Positions 1 through 11,200 of a DNA stretch of 64,000 bases are shown piece by piece (position 1 is the first letter of the stretch; every line of letters starts with the position of its first letter). The position numbers and the translations under genes were made by a program. The DNA comes from Utricularia gibba (lineage: Eukaryota > Plantae > Magnoliophyta): positions 930,001 to 994,000 of the forward strand of contig NEEC01000004.1 of the NCBI GenBank assembly GCA_002189035.1. Reading direction: 5' to 3'. The notes beneath the pieces were generated by a model. That model saw only the letters and a program-made list of their open reading frames with translations. It had not been told where the DNA came from and made no database searches.

Positions 1-42
1 GCATTTGCCTTTTGACAGAAACTTGATTTCTCTGCACATTAG

Positions 43-516
43 TGGCAGAAAACAGTGAACTCAATGCAGTTTGGAAAGATATCCTGAGCGCAGATGGGAA
101 TGAAATATGTGTGAAGGTGAAACCTTGCGCGCACTACTACTCTCTGGTCTTTTTTAAGCTTCACATCCGCATGCGTCGCCATGCTCCTCTGCGAAATCAT
201 CGACATCTTCTGTTTCTGACAGGACATCAACCGTTACATGGAACCAGGGGAGAGTCCTTCGTTCAGGGAATTATCCGAGAGAGCACATCTTCTTGGGGAA
301 GTCGCTATTGGTTACATAAAGAACAGCAAGACGGTCTGCTCTGTATCTTCTTCCCTTTTTTTCTGCTGGATGCGCTGATCACCCTCATGGTTACATGACG
401 CTGTTGCGCCGCCGCAGGTTATCAACCCGTCTCCGAAATCGGATCCCCTGATCCTCGATCCCGCCGGTGACGATGCACTGATCGTGATATCCGACCCTCA
501 ATTTCAAGTGATTTGA
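43..516 (+). CDS. 3' exons of putative ion channel POLLUX-like 2 (CASTOR/POLLUX-related; 5' part outside window)
   Basis: The last three exons (43-116; from 223 to the GT donor after ...KNSKT; 418-516) are GT-AG bounded. They splice to [74 protein letters not shown]...FQVI*, which matches the C-terminus of the At5g02940/At5g43745-type proteins as I recall them. Confidence 0.8.
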
Positions 517-1070
517 TAATAAAAAGTAGAAGAAACCTGCATCTAAATTTACCAAAATAAAAATTATTTTCATTAATAGTATTGTTTTTACTTTTTAATC
601 CTTTTTAATTAATTTTCTTATTTACAATATTTACAACAAATAAAAAATACATGATACTCGAAAGTGTAGAGTCCAATTGTAGTTTAATCCTTTTTTTAAT
701 TTTTCTCATTAAAATTTGTTTAATATATAGATTCTGAATATACCTGTTTAAAATAATGTTATTTTTGGTAGATGTATTACTTTACAAATTGAATTGTTTA
801 GTAAAATTCACTTATAATATAAATTTTGAAATACTTAACAATAAATTTATAAAAAAAATCATATGTAATTATATTAGTCCATCAAACATATATTATTATT
901 AACATATAAATATTTAAACTGTTAAATCAAAGTATTAAATATTCCCAAAAGATAGATAGCGAATGACTGCTGATTATGAGCCCATTGTGTTTACTGTTTT
1001 GTTATTGACCATCATGGATCGCTTAATTGGTCGATCTGTTGGTTTCGATCAATTAATCGGAAATAATTCA

Positions 1071-1077
<7 letters not shown>

Positions 1078-1105
<28 letters not shown>
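1078..1105. repeat. (AT)n microsatellite, about 14 units
   Basis: Uninterrupted ATAT run read directly from the sequence. Confidence 0.95.
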
Positions 1106-1110
<5 letters not shown>

Positions 1111-2568
1111 TCATATTTTGATATTTATTTATACCTATGAATTCGGCGGAAAATCCTTGGGACCATTATTTATTTATTTACGGATGGTTGGAATATGTAC
1201 GTGGGTAACCCAATTTGGCAACACTGTCCATATTTAATTCCACATTGAAATTCTAAGTATAAATTTTAGTATTTGTAAAACTATGTTTATGTATATGATT
1301 TTTTTTAATAAAATCAATTATAATTATTTTTTTCATTTATTATATATACACATATTATTTTCAATATATCTTTGCGAATCATATTTTTCCTCATAAGGTA
1401 ACACATATTTATGTAATTAAATACATAAAATAAAAGAATAGTAGCGATTCATCATAAAAAAGGCGATCAAGTTAATGCTGACACAAGTTGGTATCTTTGT
1501 TTTTCTTGAATGTGACAAGTTGGTATCATCTGATGCACGTTATGAGATTCCAAGAAGCCAATAGAAAAAAGAGGAAACTCCAAAGGTCCTATCGGGAACA
1601 GCCACGTTACCTGAAGACCAAGAAAAGCAATTTAATGAAAACAGAGGAAGGAAACAGTACTCCCGCTGTTGCTGATAAACACTAGACGATCGGAGAAGTA
1701 TGGTCAAGCACCTTCCCCTGTCCACCCAATGCAGCGAAATAAATCCGTGGGCATTCCCTACTCCATCGCCCCTCTCAATAAATGGAAACTGTCCCACTTC
1801 AACTATTCCCCACTTGGAACACTACAGTGCCTGCGCCAGCCTCAGACCGGTCGGCATGAGCGAGCTGCTGTGCCTGGGTGCGGTGATTCCGGTGCCCAAT
1901 GTGTCCCTGGTGGGGTGATTCAATTACAGACGCCTTATTTGATCGCCCTGAATAGAGAGCAGTGCCCCAGCAGGCTGATCAATGATACGCCTGCCTGTCT
2001 TGTATGATTTTTTGTAATATATATCATCATCATCATCATCTGGTCTGTCCTCGGTTATCAGAATTGTCGTTTGTCTACGTCAATAAAGACCAGGAATAAG
2101 CATGGCGTAACCACCGCCCGTCGGCCGTCGACGTGGCCAAAACGTTGCAGGGATTGCGCCCATAAGTAGTACATCATATGCTGGTGGGAACTGGAAGATG
2201 ATTCCATAGTAGTTGAAGATGCCAGACAAGCACTTGCACTGAATGATTGATTCTTCCATCGGTTAGTATTCACTGGAAACCAATAAGATCCAGAAAGAAA
2301 CACTTGAAGTTTAACAACACTGGTGTATGAAGATTTCATATGCGAAATATGGTGGTGTTTTTTTTTCTTACTTTTGTGAGATTGAAGAAACTGGGAATTC
2401 AAAAAAAAGGGGAGGTATTAGACACTTTTGGACATTGGACAACATGGTGGTGTCCACTCCTAGTGCGGCCATTTATGGGTATATATATTAGTAATGCATG
2501 GCCGAGATGAGAGAACATAAAAGGAAGACAACTCATTTTTCCTTCCAATCAAATAATTGCTTGCGTCG

Positions 2569-3707
2569 ATGGAAGTTGGCCGGAGAATGTCGCCCTTGTT
2601 TGAGAACCACAGTCACAAAGAAACCGAGCTTTGCCTTGCTCTCCCCGGAGAATCCAAAGTCACCGGTAAACGTGCTCTCTCCCAGACCGTAGATCTCATC
2701 TCCAAGCTCCGATCGGACGAACCTGCTCTGGAGAAAACCGTCCTTCCTAGCACAGATCCACCGGCAGCCAAGTATGTGTTTTTGCAACTTTTTTTTTCTT
2801 GGTTGCTAGATCGAGTATTCATTTGTTGATATGTAGGGCTCTGGTGGTTGGGTGGCCACCAGTTCGGTCTTTCCGGAAGAACACGATGGCGAATCAGAGA
2901 ACTGGAGCTGGTGGGGAGCCGGAGAAGACCATGTTTGTTAAAGTCTCGATAGATGGCGCTCCGATCCTCCGTAAAGTTGATCTGAAAAGCTACCAGAGCT
3001 ACCCTCAACTCTGGGACGCCTTAGCCCAAATGTTCAGCTCCTTCGATATGGGTAAATAAAAACACAGCCCTGTTACCCGTCATCCTTTTCTTCTTCCCCC
3101 CCTCGATCCTGGTAAACAGCAAAAAAATGTGTAGGGTTGTTGGTATTCCTTCGTTTACATACACAAATTTGTTCTGAAACTGGTGCGGTTGTCTTTACCC
3201 GGCAAATGTGAACGCGCAGGCAACTATGGACTTGGGACCCGCGACGAGGGAATGATAGACTTCATGAATGAAGGCAACTGCAAGTTGATGGATCTCCACA
3301 ACAGCAACAGCTCAGAGTACGCTGCCACTTACCAGGATAAGGATGGCGACTGGATGCTCGTGGGGGACGTGCCATGGAGTAAGCACCAACCATCTCTTCA
3401 CCCCCCATATCAGCTTTAACCACATAACACACATCAGAACCAGAATCCCAACAGGGAACCTGGCAAAACCCTCCCTTTCCTAAGGTTGTTTCGATGCCTG
3501 ATTGAATTATCAACATGTCTTCAGGATGTTTGTGGACTCATGCAAGCGCCTCCGCATCGTCAAGAGCTCCGACGCGATCGGGCTGGGTATATATATACAT
3601 GTTTTTTTAACCCGAGAAGAGTAACTTGTCATCATCTTCTTTAAAGCTACGGGTTTCTCATTCCTGCAGCGCCAAGCGGGAGGGAGAAGCGCAAAGGCAG
3701 ACGCTGA
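2569..3707 (+). CDS. IAA: Aux/IAA transcriptional repressor, IAA7/14/17 clade
   Basis: Five exons: 2569-2771, 2837-3051, 3220-3378, 3525-3586, 3670-3707. Domain I is TELCLALP, the domain II degron is [13 protein letters not shown], domain III is [15 protein letters not shown] and domain IV is [28 protein letters not shown]. Confidence 0.95.
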
Positions 3708-5215
3708 TGGGGTAGAGCAGAGCAGAGCTTGGACAAGGAGATCGATCGTCTGTCTGTTAGCCCTTCATTTTCTCAAGTGTTTACGTCATTACAATAAACG
3801 TGTGTTGAGACAGATGGAAGGGAGCAAGCCCATGTGAGCATGGTCATGGCATGGCCATCCATCCCTGACATGTGTAATCATCGGAACAGATGTACACGTC
3901 ACCGCACCTCTGGGTCTGTGCCCTATCCATATTACCATGTGTTCTATTCTATTCCACGTCGTAGTCATCAACCTTCAACATCCGGTTGTGTAAAATTGCA
4001 TCCCATATAACAACCCGGACGGTTTAGCCAGTCCAATAATGCGAGACGGGGATACAATGTATCGTTTCACATTATATATGAATTTGAAAGTGAAATAATC
4101 AAATATATAATAATTTATTAATTATTATTTATTGTTCCTCTTTATTTTAAAAAAAACGTAATGTTAAAATTCTAATTACTATACTTCACATTGGATATGA
4201 ACAAAGTAAATGACATAGATAGAGTAACTCTATTAATGATATACGAAATATTTTCTCCAAAAAATGATAACGTAAATCATAAAAATTGGATATACAAAAT
4301 AGACAATATAATATAAGTGTAATATTTAAATTTTTGTAGATGATTGTCTTTTGTCCCCTACCTCCTACATTAAACTTTAACATTTAAAACTATTTTTTTT
4401 CTTATGTAAAGTAATGTTCACCATATACATAAAAGGAAAAGACAATAATGTATGTTGGGAGCATGAAGAAGCATTCATGGAAGCGCTTTTAGACCCACTA
4501 GTGGAAAGACCAGACAAAAGGGGTGTAATGGAAAGGAAAAGATCAAACCACTCTAAAAAGCCACAAAAATGCATCAAATTTTGATCTAGGAAAACTGCAC
4601 AATGTGTTACAATGGATGGATCATTTAGAAATTTGACCCCCCCATATGATAACTATGTGTAATAAAATGGTCACCTTGAACATTAGTTTTGTAACATTTA
4701 AAAATGACCCATTTCTAATGTCACGTGGATCGCGTGACATGAAAGTCGCACTAATCCATACCATAAAGATGGAGAATGGTGTTAAAGGATAGCTAGTGGC
4801 TCATAGAATCCACAAATAGTGTGATATGGATAATAAGAATTGAGTGGTGTCAAGTGACATTATTAAAAATCATTTTAAAAATTATTAAATTAAATTATCA
4901 TTAATCTGACATTGTTTGAAAAATAATTATTAAATGTTAAAAATATCAATAAACTTTATCTTATTATTATAAAACACTTTTGTTTGTTCTAGCGGTAAAT
5001 TATTGAATGTATTAGAAATTTGGTTATACTCCTCTCATCATTATGTAAGAAAAATCAGTATTATAATATAAATTTTTTAATTTAATATATTAAAAAATGT
5101 ATACGGTTGATCAATTTTTTAAATGAGCATTAATTTGTGACCTGTCATTTATGGACAAATTGGGCACGAATATTATTAGAAAATCTGGAAGAGAAAAGGC
5201 CCTTGTTCACAACTC

Positions 5216-7300
5216 TTAAGCAGCAGGGGCTTGGAGCTTCTTCACGACCGCTCTGAGCTCTGTTTGCGCAATTTCCCTTTGGGGATCGGAAACGATGTCG
5301 CGCCAGACGGAATCTGCCTGGTTAATGACGTCATCCTCGTACAGATCGTAGATGGAATCTGCTTCGTCGTTCAAGCTGCTCACCAGTTTCAGCCACTTGA
5401 TTTCTTCAGGGTCAACGAGCAGCTTGCTGTCCCCGTCCTTCCAAGCTATCAGCTGCAATGAAAATGGGGTGGGTATATAGATTTGAATACGTTTCCGGCG
5501 GGGTTAGAGTTGGTTTTAGTTGCTGTACCTTCGGGGTGCTCCGATGCCGTTTGTAGAGTACAATCTGGCGTTGTCGACGAGCTGTGAGTACCTCGGAAAC
5601 GCGGTCGCAAATCGCTTGTGGGATTTTAGCTGCGCCTTCACCCGCACCGCTCTCTTCATTTGAATTGCTCTCCTGGAGTTTGCAGGTTTCTTGTGTTGCT
5701 TATTTTGCAGTGTACTTCTTGTGATATTCAGTTTCGGGCTTACCTTATGCCTCTGACGACGGCGAGATAGGCATCGCAGATGACTCCCACGAGCTCAATC
5801 CTGTAAGGCTTTCTGGGTTTGGCATCGGCGTCGTCCTGATCGTCGTCCACCTGAACCCAGTAGCTCTCCGTCACGGTGCCGTCCTCGGCCACCTTATACC
5901 CTTCCCCATACGGTAACGGTGCTTGTGCACGTTTCTGGCCATAGCAATCGTCTGCTCAACGAAGGGCACCCATGAGAGCGTCCCATCCATGATCACATCT
6001 CGCCCCTCGTTCAACGCCGTCACTAGCAGCGACGACGCGGCGTCCGTCGACGATTGGTGTACCTTCAAAACATGACACACCATGGCTGAAGCCATTGTGA
6101 AGTATCAGAAATCCAATGAGAGTTAGCAGCATTCAGGGAACAAAAATGGTTACGAGTTCTGCAGTCTGCAGCATGTCCTGGTGATGGCCACGCGAGCTAA
6201 GAGCTCTGTAGATGACATCCGTCTCCTTGAAAGCATCCGCTTCAACTACCACTGCATTCGCCGCAACACCCGACCAGAAGCATCTGCACATTTGTTAGAA
6301 TATAACACCAATGGATTTGACTGTTACAAAACTCGATTTTGGGAGAGGGCTTACTCTTTCATGATGTCTTTGAGGACGGTGCTCTTCCCGGCGCCCATGC
6401 CGCCGCCCATGAAGAGTAGGACTGGGCTTCTCTCGGTGATGGCGGCCGGAACCATAACATTCAAACTGTTCAAATCATCTCCTCGGGATGATGTTCCCAT
6501 GACTTTCATCTCCTCAACCAACGTGGACAGCATTCGTGTCACTTTGAGGTATTTCGTTATCTTCTCAAACCTCTGTTTCCTAAGTTCACACAGATCTGAT
6601 TAGCAAAATCCCTGAGCTGATTAGTAAACAGAGAATAACGCAGCGCTTACCTCGTAGCTGCCATTACAAGATCCTTCAGCTTTTTCTGCTCAGATTCTAC
6701 ACTCAATACCTGGAGTAGATGGATGAATCAGATTCTTCACATAGATGCTTGAAACCCAACAAATTCTGTAGCTACTGCAATCGAAATTTCGGATCGATAG
6801 CGAGTGCACTCAACCTGGGTGATCAGCTGGGGAGCATCGTCCCAGTTGAAAGCGAAGTACCCCAAAATGCAACGCTCAAGCTCCTCCACTAATTTCACGT
6901 ACAAATCCTCGCAGTTGGGCTCATTCGAAAGATACTCGAACATTCTTTCATCAATCCCCTGCGTTTTCTTCAGATAATCGTAGCCCAGTTTTATCAGTTC
7001 AGAGCACTCGCTCTCATCTCCAAATCCCATCTGCCTCGCTGTTTTTCGGTCATACTAAAACTAGTAAACAGAACAGAACACCAGGAAAGACAAAGGTCAA
7101 TTTCAATTACCGATGTAGTGAGAGAATTTCTCGATCTTCCCTCCCTGCTCCCGTACAGATTCCGTTCTGTCGATGGATGGTGCAAGGGGGTTGACTCCCT
7201 TGGTGGGCTTCGTACGGCGTTGGCGGCGGAAGCGGAGGATGCCGGCGGCGAAAAGCCCAGCAGAAACCAAGGCGGCCACGTGTGTGACAACAAAGATCAT
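5216..7300 (-). CDS. NADKc: Ca2+/calmodulin-dependent NAD kinase (NADKc, zeta-toxin-like P-loop), one apparent 1-nt frameshift
   Basis: N-terminal hydrophobic anchor (MIFVVTHVAALVSAGLFAAG), then KIEKFSHYI-ARQMG, Walker A GGGMGAGKS, VVVEADAFKETDVIY and DVIMDGTLSW. The frame breaks at the C4 run 5904-5907; adding one G on the sense strand gives RMGEGYKVAEDGTVTESYW. The start codon position is less certain. Confidence 0.88.
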
Positions 7301-8216
7301 CCTCTTGCTAGACCCTCTGCAAAAGCTAACATCTTCCCCTTCATCAAATTCGGAAGAAAACCAGTCCAGATATCGAAGCTCACACATTGCAAAGAGTAGC
7401 TGACCTTTATCCATTGCCAGAGTCTATAGCTACACAATTACAGGGCGTCTGCAGCAACTTCCCAGTTCCCGAGTCCACTCTGATTCCATCAAAGTGCTAC
7501 ACTGTGCACAATAACCATCGAATCAAAATCACCTGGGGTGAAGATGTTACAAATGGAGCTCAACTACCACAATCATGCTCCCCTAAATAAAGGCATGGCT
7601 ACAATTTTCTTACAACGATAAGACAACCCCTCCCATAAGGCATAAACAAAACAATCATAAAGATGAGATGGGTCCTGATGCAGAAAAGGGTGGCCTGACT
7701 GCGAAAGAATCATAAACATCAAGTTGCAGTAAATGCCGCCACAGTCAGCGGCAACTCAAAACCAAAACCCGCTGAGATGGCAGTCCAGGTTCCAGTTTCA
7801 GCACATAGTTTTGTGTAACGTAGAGGTAAGAGGAACGAAACCAGATTTCATTAGGACAACGATTGCACAATCGCAGACAACAGATCTCCACCATGAGACG
7901 AACTCATTGACAATACTAGTGAATAATAATAATACGACCCTTGGTGTCAAAGACCTTTTTGCCCCCGCACCACCTACGCACGTGTCTCCAATTATTGCCT
8001 ACTGCTTACGGATAAGGATCAATTTTTTTGTAATTTTAAATGCCCGGAACACCTGGTCAACAACCGACAAATGCAGGGGTGAACCGGCGCCGGTAAACCG
8101 GAAACCCAGGTCTTTTGTCCAAATACGTAGAGCAATAGAGTCACATCACGACCCCTTGCTGTTGCATTCGACGCAGCCATTCGTCACTGTTTCAGAGAGC
8201 TGACCTGAAACGATCT

Positions 8217-11200
8217 TCACATACGGTTTGCCGGCCGATAGACCGGAAACCGAGAGCTTCCCAAACTCACATTTTGGTGCTCGGATGAATTGTATAGATA
8301 GCTGGGATTGTTTGAGCTCCTTGCATTCAGAAATGGGGCCTCTGGACCGATCGCTGGCCACTGGCTGGGGATCAAGCCAGCAAGTTGCCCGCTACCATGG
8401 GGATTCATGTCTCTTCGTGCTTCCATTGAGCTTCCCGTGGAATAGTTGTACAGAAATCTGTCATTACTAAAGCTTCTGGTCCTCCCAAACCCGCTTGTTG
8501 TAGTAGTTGTTAAAGCTGTGTCATCGGGAAAACCAAAGAGGTGGTTCATAAGAGTTGGCCTGCTCTGCTCATTTTGGAAGCTCCGGTAGCTGGAATCCGA
8601 TATGGAAGTGGTTGTGGCTCTGTTCTCGTCCTCGAGCAAGTCGTTGATGATGTCCAGGTGTGGAAACTCATCAGGGGATGATGACTGGCTTTGACGCCCC
8701 AACATGCGGACTGGAAAAGATGATGAACTGCTGTATTGAGTACCTGATGGATCAAAATCATCACCAAGTAAGATCCTGTTACCGTCCATGTGAACGGAAT
8801 CTAGCCGGACTGGCTGACCTCTCTGCGGAGGATTGTGATTCACCATTCCAAATGACAAAGATGGTTTCATGGGATTCGCATCCATCCTATCACTGCCAAA
8901 TTGTGAGAACAGAGGAGCAGATACGAGAGGAGCCACAGAGCAACTTGCCATTGAACTTGTAGGATGATGATTCAGAGGGTATGCAGATGAGCTTCCGGTT
9001 GCAGGGTTACCTGTAATTGCATTTCTGTAGGACACCGGAGCATAGCTCTGCGTTGCTGACATAGAGGATTCAGGACCTAAGCGACCAGCAACGCTTGCAG
9101 AGCGTGCTAATACAGGGGATGTTGGAACCACTCTAGGACTAGACATGCTGACCCTGGAGCTAGGAACTAGAGGAGCACTGTAGGGTCTAGATACCACTGC
9201 CTGTGGTGACACTGCAAGGGTATCAGTTGTGGCAGCCAGAGGGTACATCACTAACTTCTCAGGTCTGAGATGCACTCCATCTCGGTCCACCATTTCGACC
9301 GGTTTTGGAGTGGCAGGATTCTGAACATTGGCCTTGAAGGCATTAAGATTTTCTGTAGCAGCAGACTTCTGATGGTTGATCTTCAATGTATTTACATTTT
9401 CTGGAGCGCCAGACCTCTGAGTATTGGCCTTCGAATCGACATTTTCTACTGAATTCACAGAGCTCACTGAGGTCTGCGGTCGGTCAGGCCTATCAGGAGA
9501 CAATTTCTTACTGACAAGTGGATTGCTGATGATCTTAAACCCCAACTTTTTATTAGAAACAGATGCAGTTTCCCTTGATGGACTTAGGAACGAGTGTTTC
9601 AGGCCTGATGTAGTGCCCTCAGGTGCATCTGCAGCTGCGTACTTGCCAGAAAAATTGCTTTGCAAACAAATAGCTTCTTTGTCCTATGAGAAAGTCAAAG
9701 AGTGTGTTACTACGCAGAAAACAATTGAGCAAAATTTGCGTAAAATTAATTGTAAACCAACCAATGTTCAATAGAAAACCAAATTGAACACAATTCAAAA
9801 TCATTGTGAGAGAACTGAATAAATACAAAGTTCCTCAAGATAGACAAAGAGAACCAACCCAATGAAAAAGCCAACGACACATAAGCATCTTGAAATTTAA
9901 TGCTACGATGGGATCAACACCAAAGCAAGTGCACTAAATCTCACATGGAAAAAAACCAACCTTCACAACAGGGTGCCCACGGCCATCTGCTGCAACATTG
10001 TTGGAAGGATGAGCAGCAGCAGGGGGAACAATGTCAACTCCCTTCAGCGCTCTAACCACATCTTTTGTGGATACTGCTGCACCTTGCACAGCTTCAGATT
10101 TATGAGTATTTTCTTCATTGATCTGGCCAGAGTCAAGTCTCTGCTTGAGTTGGTAGCTTCTACCTCTGAAAGTTAATGTTACTATCTACACATCTGACTA
10201 AAAAGCAAGGAGGATTCTATCAACAATATGACAAGTGATTACCTCCTGCTCGAAGAGTACATGCTTTTGTAGTGAGGCAAAATACTTTCACGAGGCATGG
10301 AAGGAATTGAATCAGAAGAAGAAGTGGATAAGCTATCATCAACAATAGACGAGCTATTTATTTCAGGTGTACTTTGCATACTTGAAAGGCCACTATCCCC
10401 ACTACTGCTAGGTTCTGCTGTAGGGAGTGCTCCAGCTGTATCAACGTTCCAACTGACAGAAATTACAACATGTTTTTCAGAGTCTGGAAGGAGCCCTTCA
10501 GGAGCAAAATCCACAGAATCACACACATCAGAAACATCTCCAGTGCCTACGGATTTTTCAATAGATTCTTCATGATCTGGAGGGAGCCTTCTCCTAGAAA
10601 AGTCCACAGAATCCGATACATCAGAAATATCTTCTGCCACTACAGAATTTGCAAGTGCCATTTCCTCGCTTGAAACCCTTGGATCTTTATTCTCTGTAAT
10701 GGAACCATTTTTCTCAACCTCCTCTTGTACCACACAGCTAGAGTTATCATCCCTGACGCTGTCTTTCCCCTTACGATTATTACGTTTCTGCTTCCCCTGA
10801 AAATGGAAAACACGGGAGATAGATAGAGTATCAAAGATTCCATTGATTTTATAAAGTGAAATATATATGAGGACTGTAGGGGAAACTCTGAAAAGATGTC
10901 CAGATAATAAATATTCTAGACGCAGGTAGTAAAATCATACAGAAATATTAGGTAGCATAAAAAGACAAATTGACTATAAAAGAGGTTTTCATTCAAAGAA
11001 AAGAAAAAATAGCATTACTACATGATACATCTGCAAATAAAATGGTGAACACTTGATGATTTAAAAAAGGCAGAACACGGGAATGTTAACCTGCTTCTTT
11101 TTAGACTTCTTATCCTTGTCAAGTGAACGTCGCCTTGACTTTTGCTCTGTCTCAGCAAGCCAGGCAGCCTCCTCTTCCCTAATTAGTTCTTCTTGCTTCT

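Noticed and set aside
43-516. Symbiosis channel DMI1/POLLUX/CASTOR
   Set aside because: The C-terminal motifs fit the POLLUX-like 2 subfamily, which is also present in non-mycorrhizal plants. Nothing about symbiosis can be inferred.
5216-7300. Zeta-toxin-like P-loop as a horizontally acquired bacterial toxin-antitoxin module
   Set aside because: It is spliceosomal-intron-rich and matches the established plant Ca2+/CaM-dependent NAD kinase family. No antitoxin partner or bacterial context is present.
7733-8203. 156-aa plus-strand ORF between NADKc and TRAF1
   Set aside because: It has no recognisable motif and overlaps the presumed NADKc leader/promoter and the TRAF1 3'UTR on the opposite strand.
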